DNA of 64,000 bases from a virus. The translations under genes and the position numbers were made by a program. Shown here one piece after another: positions 37,216-46,993 of this stretch. Under the pieces are notes generated by a model. The model had not been told where the DNA came from and did no database searches. It saw nothing but the letters and a program-made list of their open reading frames with translations. Positions within the stretch are counted from its first letter, which is position 1; each line of letters begins with the position of its first letter. The DNA is taken from IMG/VR virus record IMGVR_UViG_3300046051_000062. One strand, written 5' to 3'.

Positions 37216-37551
37216 CTATTCGTCTGTCTTGAAGTGGATTGCCTTCACCCATGTCGATTCGTCAAACGGAACGTCGTAGTACGTCGCCAGCGTGTCGGCC
37301 AGCGCAGCCGGGTCGCTGTATGGGTAGTTCCAGTCGAACACGTCCACGGCCTTTGCGGCCGTCTCGACGGGACCGATGACGATGATATGAACATCGGCTT
37401 CGGCGAACACGTCGCCGTCGGGCGTCGTACAGACCAGCGTGTCGCCGGTCTGGATGTCCTTGTCATCGCCGTAGCGGACGGTGGTGTCCTTGGTCCCCTC
37501 AAGAATGGGGTCACGGAACTGCTCGGCGAACTTGAGTTGCTTGCGTGCCAT
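37216..37551 (-). CDS. ASCH domain protein
   Basis: LKFAEQFRDPILEGTKDTTVR...GDTLV; repeat at 37560. Confidence 0.8.
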   Translation of the reverse strand: MARKQLKFAEQFRDPILEGTKDTTVRYGDDKDIQTGDTLVCTTPDGDVFAEADVHIIVIGPVETAAKAVDVFDWNYPYSDPAALADTLATYYDVPFDESTWVKAIHFKTDE

Positions 37552-37770
37552 ATCGGTTTGCCCCTCTCGGGGCCGAAGCGTGCTGGATAGTGGGAGGAGG
37601 GGCCAGCGGTCAACGACGAACAACAGCGCGGTCACGAACGAGTGCGCAACCACGTAGGCGGCGAACCACACGAGGCCGAATAGGTCTGCGAGGTGGCCCG
37701 CGAGCAGCGCCACGGAGATAGCGACGCCGAGGACCATGAATCCGGTGACGACCTTGTGGTTCCAGTTCAT
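37552..37770 (-). CDS. Two-TM membrane ORF, open in frame into the ASCH gene
   Basis: MNWNHKVVTGFMVLGVAISVALLAG...; repeat at 37782; no stop before the ASCH ATG. Confidence 0.55.
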
Positions 37771-37847
37771 GTAGTTATCAATTCCCTCTCGGGACCGAAG
37801 AAGGGTGTCTCTTGGGGTAGTGCGAGAGCGCCGGGGAGCGTTCGGCG

Positions 37848-38630
37848 CTACACGCTGTCGCTGTCGTCGCTGTCGGCGCTCTCGTCGTCGTCTGCCGTCG
37901 TCACGGTCAGGTGGTCGGGGAGCAGGTGCATCGCCGCCACGACCCGCTCTGGGCCGCGCAGGTTGCCGTCCAGGCTGTCGGGGAGGTTGATGTCGTCGTT
38001 CTCGACCAGCATCCAATACAGGTCCTCCACGTCGTCCTTCCACAGCGACGTGGTCGACCGCGCTTTGACCAGCGCAACCATCGGCCCGTAGCCGGTGTCC
38101 GGCTCCAGGTCCACGACCGCCCGTCCGTGGACTTCGCCGAGGCGGGGGCCGGCGTTCTTGCGCTGGGTGGCCCGCTCTTTTTGGGTCTTGGGCATCCGGT
38201 AGCCCTCCTCGGCCCGCCCGTCCTGGATTGCCCCGCAGGCGTTGCACGTCTCCTGGGTTTCACCCGGGAGCGTAGCGGTGGAGACGACCAGGCGGTCGTA
38301 GCCACAACGAGCGCACTCGCCGTCGACTATCTGCGTGTACGACCCCTGGGTGCCCTCGATGGGGTCGGCCCGCATGTTCGAGGACAGCAGGACGGGCAGT
38401 TCCTCGCCCGTGTCCATCATGTGAACACGCGGGTCGTCCCCACGGCTGCTTTCGGGGAGCCGGGACTTCACGCCAGGGCGGTCCTGGCTGTGGCCGTCCA
38501 CGTCTACCGTCTGTTGGCCCAGATAGTCCGGGCCGACGGTGCCGCTCACGTCGAGGTTCTTTGTGCTGGCTGACTCTCTCGTGTCCGCACCTATCCGAAC
38601 CAGGTACGGGTCGTCGTCGTGTGTAGCCAT
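37848..38630 (-). CDS. Array ORF with zinc ribbon
   Basis: CARCG...CNACG; repeat at 38636. Confidence 0.75.
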   Translation of the reverse strand: MATHDDDPYLVRIGADTRESASTKNLDVSGTVGPDYLGQQTVDVDGHSQDRPGVKSRLPESSRGDDPRVHMMDTGEELPVLLSSNMRADPIEGTQGSYTQIVDGECARCGYDRLVVSTATLPGETQETCNACGAIQDGRAEEGYRMPKTQKERATQRKNAGPRLGEVHGRAVVDLEPDTGYGPMVALVKARSTTSLWKDDVEDLYWMLVENDDINLPDSLDGNLRGPERVVAAMHLLPDHLTVTTADDDESADSDDSDSV

Positions 38631-38681
38631 TGGGTGTCACGCCCCTCTCGGGGCCGCTCGGTGATGAGGTTGGTGATCTGG

Positions 38682-39272
38682 TTAGCGTTCGCTGGGGTCC
38701 TCGACCAGCAGGTCGGAGACGGACTTGTCGGCGTCAGACATCTCGAACCCGCCTTCGGAGTCGGCAAGGACTCGGAACGTGTTGTGCCAGGCGGGGCCGG
38801 TGCGGGCGCCGAACGAGCGCGGGTCGAGTTCGTCGCCGTCCATGGTCGTCACCTCGTCCACGACGACGAAGTCGATGCGCTTTTCGCCACCCGTCGTGTG
38901 GATGGTGAACCGGAAGTCCTGGTCGTTCTGCTTGCTGTGGACCATGACCACCCAATCACCGGACGACGGGCCGGCCTCGTTGCGCATTGGGTGTTCGTAG
39001 TAGTACCCGCGCACCATCCCCGTCTCGAACGGGGTGCCGATGGCGCCCAGCAGCCTCTCCACCTCGCCGTGGGCTTGGTCCAGGGCGTCCGCCGCGTCGG
39101 CGATAAGCCCGGGGACGTGGCCCATGTCTCTGTGGATGTCCTCCTCCTCGCCGATGCGCGTGGCGATGCGCTTGGCCTCGTTGGCCTCCCGGAGCAGGTC
39201 GAGCAGCCCGTTGCGGAACGTGTCGAGTTTCGATGCGGTCGTGTGTGGCATCTTCGGGTGTGGTTCGTCCAT
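38682..39272 (-). CDS. Array ORF, hypothetical
   Basis: Repeat at 39280. Confidence 0.75.
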   Translation of the reverse strand: MDEPHPKMPHTTASKLDTFRNGLLDLLREANEAKRIATRIGEEEDIHRDMGHVPGLIADAADALDQAHGEVERLLGAIGTPFETGMVRGYYYEHPMRNEAGPSSGDWVVMVHSKQNDQDFRFTIHTTGGEKRIDFVVVDEVTTMDGDELDPRSFGARTGPAWHNTFRVLADSEGGFEMSDADKSVSDLLVEDPSER

Positions 39273-39320
39273 GGTGGTCGTCACGCCCCTCTCGGGGCCG
39301 GGGCACAGGCCCACCGGGGC

Positions 39321-39743
39321 CTACGGGTCGTCGTTGATGCGCACCTCGTCGGAGGTCACGCTGACTTCCAGGCGCTTGTAGCCGTCGTCGGTCTTGAAGC
39401 CGACACCGAACGCCTCCTCGTCCGACAGCGGGTAGGACCCGGTCCCCTGCCCGTCGAACGCATCCCGGAGCATCAACTCCACCTCGTCGGTGGTGTCCTC
39501 CTCCGGGCGGTACTTGGTGGGGATGTGCCGGGTCGTGGCGTCGTTCTCCAGAATCATCACCACCGTGTCGTCCACGAGCGAGATAAACATGGAGTAGTCG
39601 CCACCGTTCCGGCGGACGATGAGCCACTTTCCGATGGCCTTGATGTCCACTTTCCCCTGGCTGATGTCCTTCCAGGTGTCGGTCATCTTCTCGAACGCTT
39701 CACTGCCTGTGAGGATGTCCTCCTCGTCTGCTGGGGGTTTCAC
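39321..39743 (-). CDS. Array ORF, hypothetical
   Basis: GTG start; repeat at 39749. Confidence 0.75.
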   Translation of the reverse strand: MKPPADEEDILTGSEAFEKMTDTWKDISQGKVDIKAIGKWLIVRRNGGDYSMFISLVDDTVVMILENDATTRHIPTKYRPEEDTTDEVELMLRDAFDGQGTGSYPLSDEEAFGVGFKTDDGYKRLEVSVTSDEVRINDDP

Positions 39744-39786
39744 GGGTAGTCACGCCCCTCTCGGGGCTGGATGGTGGGTCGGGCGG

Positions 39787-39930
39787 CTACAGTTCCTCGA
39801 CGGACAGTTCCGGGTGGTCCTCGATAGCCGCCTGTATCTGTTCGACTGTCGTCCCCTCGCTGTCGATGGCCGTGACGGTGACGGCGGAGAGGCCGTCGGA
39901 GCCACGGACCGTAAGGTCCACCTCGTTCAT
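39787..39930 (-). CDS. Array micro-ORF (47 aa)
   Basis: MNEVDLTVRGSDGLSAVTVTAIDSEGTTVEQIQAAIEDHPELSVEEL; variant hairpin at 39939. Confidence 0.6.
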   Translation of the reverse strand: MNEVDLTVRGSDGLSAVTVTAIDSEGTTVEQIQAAIEDHPELSVEEL

Positions 39931-39977
39931 GGATATGTACCCCCGTCTCCGGGGTCGAGTCGGGTGGTTGGTCGATG

Positions 39978-40391
39978 CTATTCGGCGGCTGCTTCGGCGT
40001 ACTCCTCGGCGCGGTGTTGGACGGCGACGGTCTGGCGGTACACGTAGTCCGCGTACCCCCCGAGGGTGTCGTGGACGCCGGCCACTACGTGGTCGGGCAG
40101 TTCGTAGACGCGGGCGGACTCGTCCAGCCCTCGGTGGAGGTCGCGGGCGAGTTGGGCCGCGCCCTCACACCAGGCCAGGACCTCCTCGGGGTCGGGGTCG
40201 TCGCTGTCCACTTCATCGAACGCCTGCTGGAGATGGTTGTTGATGTCGGCAGTGCGGTCCGTGTCCGTCTGAACGAAGTGGCCGTCCTCCGCGGCGACGG
40301 CCAGCGCGTTCGCCAGCCTGTCGAGGTCGCTGATGGTGCCGTCCAGCCAGCCGTACAGGTCGCTGTGGGCTTCTTGCTCTCGGGTTGGCAT
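39978..40391 (-). CDS. Array ORF, helical hypothetical
   Basis: Repeat at 40395. Confidence 0.75.
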   Translation of the reverse strand: MPTREQEAHSDLYGWLDGTISDLDRLANALAVAAEDGHFVQTDTDRTADINNHLQQAFDEVDSDDPDPEEVLAWCEGAAQLARDLHRGLDESARVYELPDHVVAGVHDTLGGYADYVYRQTVAVQHRAEEYAEAAAE

Positions 40392-40427
40392 GATGTCACG
40401 CCCCTCTCGGGGCTAAAACGCCTCTGC

Positions 40428-40628
40428 CTACAACTCCCGCAGTTCGTACCTGCCGGAGTCGAGGCGTGGCTGTAGTCGGTCGTGGTGCTTTTCTCGACAG
40501 TCGGAACATATCTTGGCCCGGTCGTCGGATGGGTTCCGCACGAGTACCCGGAGGTGGCGGGTTCCGGTCCCACAGAAGTCACAGGACACGTCGTGTGGAG
40601 CCGGGCGCGAGGCGTAGATGTTGCCCAT
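40428..40628 (-). CDS. Array ORF, small zinc finger
   Basis: CDFCG...ICSDC; repeat at 40635. Confidence 0.7.
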   Translation of the reverse strand: MGNIYASRPAPHDVSCDFCGTGTRHLRVLVRNPSDDRAKICSDCREKHHDRLQPRLDSGRYELREL

Positions 40629-40670
40629 CGGTCGGTCACGCCCCTCTCGGGGCTGGAGCGTGCTGGCCCG

Positions 40671-40880
40671 TCAGAACGGGGGCCGCACGTCGTGTTCGTC
40701 CGGGTCGTAGTCGGGGTGTCGCGCCGGGTCCGCCCGGCGGGCGATGATCTCGGCGCGGTCCGTTATCTCCTTGAGGTGGTACTCGGCCCCGTTGGCCTCC
40801 ACGATGTCTGCCAGCGAGTTGACGTGAGCTTTGATGCTGCTTGCCTTCTCGTGGACCTCCTTCTCGTTGCGTCTGTCCAT
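40671..40880 (-). CDS. Array ORF, hypothetical
   Basis: Repeat at 40885. Confidence 0.7.
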   Translation of the reverse strand: MDRRNEKEVHEKASSIKAHVNSLADIVEANGAEYHLKEITDRAEIIARRADPARHPDYDPDEHDVRPPF

Positions 40881-40926
40881 GGTGGTCACGCCCCTCTCGG
40901 GGCTGGATGGTGGTGGGTGGTCGCGG

Positions 40927-41238
40927 TCAGAGCCTGTTCTGGAGTTCGCTGACCGTCGTCCCTGGGTCCAGTTCGATGCGCTTGCCGCTCTCGGTCCAGA
41001 ACACGTAGACGTTCGCCCCGTCAGGCCGTGTCTGCCGTTCGAAGTGGAGGTGGTGGTCTACGTCCCGTGCGTCCTTGCTTGCCGCTTCCCGTAGGCCGTC
41101 GGGGACCAGCAGGTTGTGGACGAATATCGCCAGGTCAAGCCACATCGTCGAGAGGGTGTGGCGGGCCTGGTCGAGTCGGGACATCTCGGCGAACGCCAGC
41201 ATTGTGTTGCCGGGAAGGTCGTATTGGTCGTCGGTCAT
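40927..41238 (-). CDS. Array ORF, hypothetical
   Basis: Repeat at 41245. Confidence 0.7.
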   Translation of the reverse strand: MTDDQYDLPGNTMLAFAEMSRLDQARHTLSTMWLDLAIFVHNLLVPDGLREAASKDARDVDHHLHFERQTRPDGANVYVFWTESGKRIELDPGTTVSELQNRL

Positions 41239-41289
41239 GGTGGTGTCACGCCCCTCTCGGGGCCGTGGCCGGGAAAAACCCCGGGGTGG

Positions 41290-41739
41290 TCAGTCGACCC
41301 GGTAGCCGCGCAACTTGACCTCCTCCTTGATGGTTGCCCGGGTGTGGTCCCACACCTGCTGTGGGGTGTCGTCGGGAAGCCGCTCGGGCATCTCGACCTC
41401 GTCTATGGCCGCTACCGGGATTACCACCTCGTCGCCGTCCTGGGCGTCCTTGCACGCCTCGATGACCGCGCTGGCCGCGTCCTCCACGTCCAAGGGGATG
41501 CCTGGCGGGTTGGCCGGCTCGAACATGAGGCCGGATACGCTGTCGTGGGGATACTGCTCGTCGCCCACGTAGGTCGCCTCGGACTGACGTTCGACCGCCT
41601 GGACGATTGCGTCGGGGTCGCCGCTCCCCTCGTCGTACCAGACCACGACCGCCCCCGCCTCCTCGTCGGCGATGTGGGAGTAGTCCAGCCCGGCGTCTGC
41701 AAGGGCGTCCTCAATGCTCTCGTTGATGCTGTCCGTCAT
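41290..41739 (-). CDS. Array ORF, hypothetical
   Basis: Repeat at 41745. Confidence 0.75.
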   Translation of the reverse strand: MTDSINESIEDALADAGLDYSHIADEEAGAVVVWYDEGSGDPDAIVQAVERQSEATYVGDEQYPHDSVSGLMFEPANPPGIPLDVEDAASAVIEACKDAQDGDEVVIPVAAIDEVEMPERLPDDTPQQVWDHTRATIKEEVKLRGYRVD

Positions 41740-41781
41740 TGGTAGTCACGCCCCTCTCGGGGCCGCCCGCCACCGTGGGGG

Positions 41782-42201
41782 TTATTCTCCCCTGTCGATG
41801 GCTGCGGTCTTGGTTCGCACCTCGTCCAGCAACCAGTACGCCTTTGCCATCACCGGCTCCTCCCCGTGCTGGATGAACGCCACCGCCACGAGGAAATCGC
41901 TGCCACTCTCCAGGACCAACGCTTTGTCGAACACCTCTACGTGGTCAACGTCGATGTCCACGCCGTCCGCCCGGGTGCGCTCGTCGGGGCCTACTTCGAG
42001 GTTGACGTAGGCGGCCTGGAACCGGAACTCGACGGAGGGGGTCCCCGGGAAAGACGGGTCGTCCGGGCGGTCGTCTTGCTGCGTGTAGACGAGGCTGCCG
42101 TCTTCTTCCATCTCCCGGTCCATCTCGTGGATGTCCATGAATACCATCGGCTCGCGGGCATACGCCAGCAACGCCGATGGGTCGGGGTAGTCGCTTTCCA
42201 T
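41782..42201 (-). CDS. Array ORF, hypothetical
   Basis: Repeat at 42206. Confidence 0.75.
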   Translation of the reverse strand: MESDYPDPSALLAYAREPMVFMDIHEMDREMEEDGSLVYTQQDDRPDDPSFPGTPSVEFRFQAAYVNLEVGPDERTRADGVDIDVDHVEVFDKALVLESGSDFLVAVAFIQHGEEPVMAKAYWLLDEVRTKTAAIDRGE

Positions 42202-42243
42202 TGGTGTCACGCCCCTCTCGGGGCAAGATGGTGGTGGGTGGTG

Positions 42244-42423
42244 CTATCCGCGCGGGCGGTCGTGTTCGTTCCGGAAGTCGAGTTCGGCCTGTGCTTCATC
42301 CTTGAGTGTCTGCGCGAAGCCGACGAGTTCTTGGAGGTCCTCGGGCTTCGCGGCGTCCTCCACGACGAACGCCCGGATGTCCTTCTCGTCGGCGTCCGCC
42401 GGACAGTCGATGTGGACCGTCAT
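42244..42423 (-). CDS. Array ORF, small helical protein
   Basis: Coupled by ATGA overlap to the upstream ORF; has no repeat of its own. Confidence 0.6.
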   Translation of the reverse strand: MTVHIDCPADADEKDIRAFVVEDAAKPEDLQELVGFAQTLKDEAQAELDFRNEHDRPRG

Positions 42424-42887
42424 TGCTCCCCCGGGTCCGGGATGTCGTCCGTCTGGGCAGGGAATTTGGGACCAGCCGGCAGGTCCTCGACCCGCCGGTT
42501 CTGGACGACGAGTTCGACCTCGCCATCGTGGTGGATTACGTGGTCGAACGACAGCATCTCGGTCCCGAGCCGGCGGGCGCCCTCGGTGTGGTGGGGCCAG
42601 CAGACCTCGACGGTGGCGAAGTCGCGGTACCACTCGCCGTCGTCGTGGTCGTTGATGGTCCCGTGGTGTGGGCGTCCGAAGTGGACGCCCTCTTTGGCTT
42701 CGAAGAACGCCTGGCCGTTGCCCAGGGACGTGTGTCCCGGGTGGACCTCGCCGTCGATGATGGCTCCCCCGATGAGGAGGCCACACTCCCGGCAATGGCC
42801 GCCGTGGTCGCCGCCGCCCGGCACCGGGTCGTCGCACGGGCAGAGGATTGGACACGAGCCGTCGTTACAGTTGGTGGTTTCAGTCAC
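42420..42887 (-). CDS. Array ORF, Cys/His-rich hypothetical
   Basis: GTG start; GAGTA-loop repeat at 42893. Confidence 0.7.
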   Translation of the reverse strand: MTETTNCNDGSCPILCPCDDPVPGGGDHGGHCRECGLLIGGAIIDGEVHPGHTSLGNGQAFFEAKEGVHFGRPHHGTINDHDDGEWYRDFATVEVCWPHHTEGARRLGTEMLSFDHVIHHDGEVELVVQNRRVEDLPAGPKFPAQTDDIPDPGEQ

Positions 42888-42936
42888 GGTTGGTCACGCC
42901 CCTACTCGGGGCAGGATGGCTCCGGGTGGCGGGTGG

Positions 42937-43236
42937 CTACCAGCCTTTGAGGACACGGCGTATCCCGTCGGCGTCGCCCTGTTCGTACAGCCGTTCGAGC
43001 CGGTCGAGGTCCACGCCCTTGATGATGTCGTCGCGGGTGAGGTCCGACCCGATTGCCTGCATGGTGTTCTCCAGTCGCTCGGCGTGGCGGACGACCCGGC
43101 CACCGACCAAGACCGCGGTCCTGTCCGACATGTCGTCTATGTCCGAGGCCGAGAGGGTCGCCATCTGCATGATTTCTAATTCGACCCTGTCGACTACCTT
43201 CTCGGCCTCATCGACTGGATGGGGAGGCCCGCTCAT
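42937..43236 (-). CDS. Array ORF, hypothetical
   Basis: Repeat at 43298, unusually distant from the ATG; start uncertain. Confidence 0.65.
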   Translation of the reverse strand: MSGPPHPVDEAEKVVDRVELEIMQMATLSASDIDDMSDRTAVLVGGRVVRHAERLENTMQAIGSDLTRDDIIKGVDLDRLERLYEQGDADGIRRVLKGW

Positions 43237-43338
43237 GGTCCTGTATTCCGGCTGCACTGCCAAAAGCCTGGTTCCGTGGGGTGGCTGCCGGGGTGGCGCC
43301 CCTCTCGGGGCTGTGGCGGGGGCGACGCCCGCCTGTAA

Positions 43339-43707
43339 TCACTCCTCGTCGCCGGCCAGGTCGTTGGCCGCTTCGATGACGGCGGACTCGAACGCCAGGT
43401 ACGCGACCCGCTCGACGGTCGTTTCGATGCTGTTGCTCTCGGCCATCGACCACCAGTCCTGGTAGCGGGCGATCTGCGTGTCGTATTCCGTGGCGTGTTC
43501 GATGATGCACCCGTGAGCGGCGGGTCCGTACTGTCGCTGTGTGAACCATTCGTGGGCGTCCAGCACGTCGCTGGCGAGTTCCAGCACCGCGTCGTGGTGC
43601 GTGTCATACTCGCCGTCCTCGACGGCCTGGGTGGCCGCTTGGGAGAGGTGGTTCGCCTGTCGTAGCACTTCGCTCTCGTAGTCCTCTGTGCTGATTGTCT
43701 CGATCAT
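43339..43707 (-). CDS. Array ORF, hypothetical
   Basis: Variant repeat at 43716. Confidence 0.75.
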   Translation of the reverse strand: MIETISTEDYESEVLRQANHLSQAATQAVEDGEYDTHHDAVLELASDVLDAHEWFTQRQYGPAAHGCIIEHATEYDTQIARYQDWWSMAESNSIETTVERVAYLAFESAVIEAANDLAGDEE

Positions 43708-43838
43708 GGATGGTAGCCCCGCTCGGGGCGTGAAGTGAGGGGCGTGACCCTGGGTGCCCTCTCGTCCGGTTGGTCTATCAGATGGTTCGGCATTGGCCCT
43801 CTCGGGCCTGGGTCCGGCGGCTGGCTCACCCGGCGGGG

Positions 43839-44597
43839 TCAGTCCTCGTCGGGGATGCGCCCGTCGTGGGACACCGCCACGTTGTTGTAGCCGCGCCGCT
43901 TGGTGAGCCGCCGCTGGATGTTCTCGATGGCACTGCTGGCCTTGTCGTCCGGGAGGTCGCGGATGTCCACCACGTAGCGGTGGCCGAGCGGGAACTCCAC
44001 CCGGGCGACTTTGCCCAGGTGGACCTCGTTGCTCGCCCACGTTTTCGCGGTGATGTCCCGCTCGTCGCGGACCATCGCCTCGATGCGGCGGTCGTCGTCG
44101 GCCACGTCCTGGCCGCGGATGCGCCAGGGGTTGTTGGTGTTCTCCTCGACGCGCTCGACCTCGATGGTCACCGAGCAGAGGTTCTCCGAGCGGTCGGACC
44201 AGTAGAACACCTCGGCCTCGACATCCTCTTGGACCGCGCCCGTGACGGGTGGGCGCTGTGGGAACTGGACGCGCTCTATCCGGTGGATTTCCTCACCGGC
44301 GGCGAGCGTCTGCGGGCTGTCGCCTTCGAGGCTGACCAGTCGCCGCTCCTCGGGGTTGTACGCGAGGTGCTGGCCGTCGTTCCAGAACCCGTAGAACCCC
44401 TCGGGGACGCTGTTGTACTTGGCCGGGCCGGTGGCTGCGCGCGACCGCACGGTCTTCTGTCGGTAGCCCGAGCGGGGCCGGTAGGTGATGTCGACCGTGT
44501 GGTGCCGAAGCGTCACCTCGGATACGTCCTCGGGGTCGACCGTCTCCGTTTTCTCCCGGTATCGCTGGTCGGCGTACTTTTTGCCTTCTTTCAGCAT
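43839..44597 (-). CDS. Array ORF, hypothetical
   Basis: Repeat at 44604. Confidence 0.75.
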   Translation of the reverse strand: MLKEGKKYADQRYREKTETVDPEDVSEVTLRHHTVDITYRPRSGYRQKTVRSRAATGPAKYNSVPEGFYGFWNDGQHLAYNPEERRLVSLEGDSPQTLAAGEEIHRIERVQFPQRPPVTGAVQEDVEAEVFYWSDRSENLCSVTIEVERVEENTNNPWRIRGQDVADDDRRIEAMVRDERDITAKTWASNEVHLGKVARVEFPLGHRYVVDIRDLPDDKASSAIENIQRRLTKRRGYNNVAVSHDGRIPDED

Positions 44598-44640
44598 GGT
44601 GTGGTCACGCCCCTCTCGGGGCCGAAGCCGGTGGTGGAAC

Positions 44641-44970
44641 CTACCCGCCGCCTGTCTGCACGACCACCGTGTCGGCGTCGCGCACGGTGGTGTTGAACGC
44701 GTGGACGCCCCACGTCGTCGGGTGGCTGCCTGCCTGGTCGGGCGTGTCGAGGCGCACCGTGTTGGCCCGGATGTCCACGACCCGGAACTCCTCGTCGTCC
44801 AGGCGGAGGTAGTCCCCGCTCTCGATGGGCACCGCGACCGGGTAGTTCCCCTCCGGGGTCCGCACCACGTCCACGTCGCCGTGGGCGTTGACGAGGCGAC
44901 GGCCCTCGTCGTCGGTGCCGTGCGTTGCTCTCCGTTTCGGCAGGTCCGTGAGTGGTTCATGGTCGCGCAT
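44641..44970 (-). CDS. Array ORF, small beta-barrel-like
   Basis: Repeat at 44975. Confidence 0.7.
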   Translation of the reverse strand: MRDHEPLTDLPKRRATHGTDDEGRRLVNAHGDVDVVRTPEGNYPVAVPIESGDYLRLDDEEFRVVDIRANTVRLDTPDQAGSHPTTWGVHAFNTTVRDADTVVVQTGGG

Positions 44971-45016
44971 GGTGGTCACGCCCCTACTCGGGGCAGGACC
45001 GCCCGATTGCGGGCGG

Positions 45017-45628
45017 TTAGTCGTCGTCTGTCATGGCGGGCGATGCGTCGTACCCCTCAGCGTGGGCTGTGACCGCGGGCGGGCGGCCGACGTAGCCGGT
45101 CGGTTCGAACCGCCACCAGCCGGTGATCTCCTTGCCCCTTGAATCCGTCTCCTGTCGAATCCGGTCGTCGCTCTCGAACACCTCGCTCTCCTGGTTGTTG
45201 ATTCGTTCACCGACCGTATCGCGGCGCTCCTGTAGGTCTGCGACCCATTCCGCGAGGTCGTCGTTCTTGAGCCACTGCGCGCCCGTGGAGTGAACCCAGC
45301 CGTTCTCGAAGACGAGCCAGGACAGGTCCTCGGGGTAGGCTCCCTCCGCGAGCCGGAGGCCGCCGTCGCTCTCGATCTGCCAGCCGTGAGCGCCGGAAGT
45401 CGCAACCGCGTAGTGCATCTCCCAGCCCTCCTCGATGGCCCGGTGAAACCGGCCGGTGTCCTGCTCGACCGCTCCATCGCGGTGGCCGAAGGCATCCGCG
45501 AGCCGCTGGTCGAGGCGACCCCGGAGCTTGCTCGCCTTCGCGTGGTCCATCGACGTGTCGAGGCGCTGCTTGCGCTCAGTTCGGTTGTCACCCGTGCCGG
45601 CGTCAGTGCCGGTGTTGTCGTTAGTCAC
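45017..45628 (-). CDS. Array ORF, hypothetical
   Basis: GTG start; repeat at 45634. Confidence 0.75.
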   Translation of the reverse strand: MTNDNTGTDAGTGDNRTERKQRLDTSMDHAKASKLRGRLDQRLADAFGHRDGAVEQDTGRFHRAIEEGWEMHYAVATSGAHGWQIESDGGLRLAEGAYPEDLSWLVFENGWVHSTGAQWLKNDDLAEWVADLQERRDTVGERINNQESEVFESDDRIRQETDSRGKEITGWWRFEPTGYVGRPPAVTAHAEGYDASPAMTDDD

Positions 45629-45697
45629 GGTTGGTCACGCCCCTACTCGGGGCAGGGCCGCCCACTCGACGGCGGGCGGTAGTTGCGGACTCCCTGG

Positions 45698-46609
45698 CTA
45701 CGAGAACCGGACGAGGCCGCCACAGTAGTTCGGGTCTGTCTCGTCCTCGACGGGCTGGTGTTCGACCCACCCGCCGATGCTGTCGGGGTCCTCGGGGTGT
45801 TGTTCGTCGGGGTGGAACGCCAGTTGGTCGCCCCGCTTGACGACGGACTCGTAGCCCACCCAATCGCATTTGTCGCACCGGAACTCCAGTTCCATCGGCA
45901 TCGGGACCGAGTAGCCGGTCGCGTAGACGCGCGGGCCGGTGTAGCCGCCCCGAACGTCCGCGCCCTGGTGGACCTGGAGGAACACGTAGTCGCCGTGTGG
46001 CCCGCCGACAACGGTCCCCTGGAGACACTGGGACAACGTGTGGTTGCCCTGGTTGTAGGTGTTGAACGAAAGCGGTGGCTGGACGCCGTTGCGGTCCGCG
46101 TCGCTGCGGACTCTGTGAGCGTAGCCCAGGACGTTCTCGGCAAAACCGCCCCTGACGCCCATCTCGTCCAGTTGGTACCGCTCGATCTCCGGGAGGGCCT
46201 TGGCGAAGCCCTCCATACAGGACAGCCAGGACTCGCCCTCGCCGGGGCCGTTGTGGCCGTAGGCGTACAGGGCCGCTTCCAGCGCGACCGCTCGCCAGTC
46301 ACGCGAGAGGACCCGGTGCATGTAGTGGTAGACGTTGTGGGTCACCCACTCCGAGTTGACGGCCCACGCCGGGCGCTCCCAGGGTGGGTTCTCGGCGTTC
46401 TTCTCGTGATGGCGGCCCATCGCGGAGCCGGAGTCGAGAAAGTGCGTGCCGGTGTTCTCGGTGAGTTGGGCGCGGATAACGTCGTACTCGTTCGTGGACG
46501 CCATCGGCATCGGCGTCTCGCCCGGGTCGTTGTAGACTGCTTCGGCCCAGGCGCGGACGAGTGCCTGGAGTCCGTCGGTACTGCCGTCGGTCGTGTTGTC
46601 GGCCGACAT
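45698..46609 (-). CDS. Array ORF, hypothetical (303 aa)
   Basis: Repeat at 46614; conserved-looking HFLDSG and LQVHQGADVRGGYT segments. Confidence 0.75.
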   Translation of the reverse strand: MSADNTTDGSTDGLQALVRAWAEAVYNDPGETPMPMASTNEYDVIRAQLTENTGTHFLDSGSAMGRHHEKNAENPPWERPAWAVNSEWVTHNVYHYMHRVLSRDWRAVALEAALYAYGHNGPGEGESWLSCMEGFAKALPEIERYQLDEMGVRGGFAENVLGYAHRVRSDADRNGVQPPLSFNTYNQGNHTLSQCLQGTVVGGPHGDYVFLQVHQGADVRGGYTGPRVYATGYSVPMPMELEFRCDKCDWVGYESVVKRGDQLAFHPDEQHPEDPDSIGGWVEHQPVEDETDPNYCGGLVRFS

Positions 46610-46655
46610 GGTGGTCACGCCCCTCTCGGGGCAAGGAGTGGTTGGTGGGGCCGGG

Positions 46656-46928
46656 CTACAGGATGGCGTCGGCGGCAAAGCCGACGGCCAGCAGGCACCC
46701 GTCGTCGGCGCGTTCGTCGTCGTAGCCCTCGATGACGACCTCGGTGTCGCCCCCGCCGAGTTCGAGAGTAGTAGGCACGGAGAGGGCTGACGCTCGCCCC
46801 CCGATGTTGATGATGGCCGCCCCGAAGGTGGGGCCGCCCTCCACGTCCACCGAGTAGGTGGACTCTCGGTTCTGGTGGGCACGAATCTCGACGCGGCGGT
46901 CGGTTCGGCGAGTGAAGTTCGGTTTCAC
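46656..46928 (-). CDS. Array ORF, hypothetical
   Basis: GTG start; repeat at 46934. Confidence 0.7.
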   Translation of the reverse strand: MKPNFTRRTDRRVEIRAHQNRESTYSVDVEGGPTFGAAIINIGGRASALSVPTTLELGGGDTEVVIEGYDDERADDGCLLAVGFAADAIL

Positions 46929-46993
46929 GGTGGGTCACGCCCCTCTCGGGGCGGAAATGGGTGTGGACACCCCTCTTGTTCTCGCGTGGTGGT

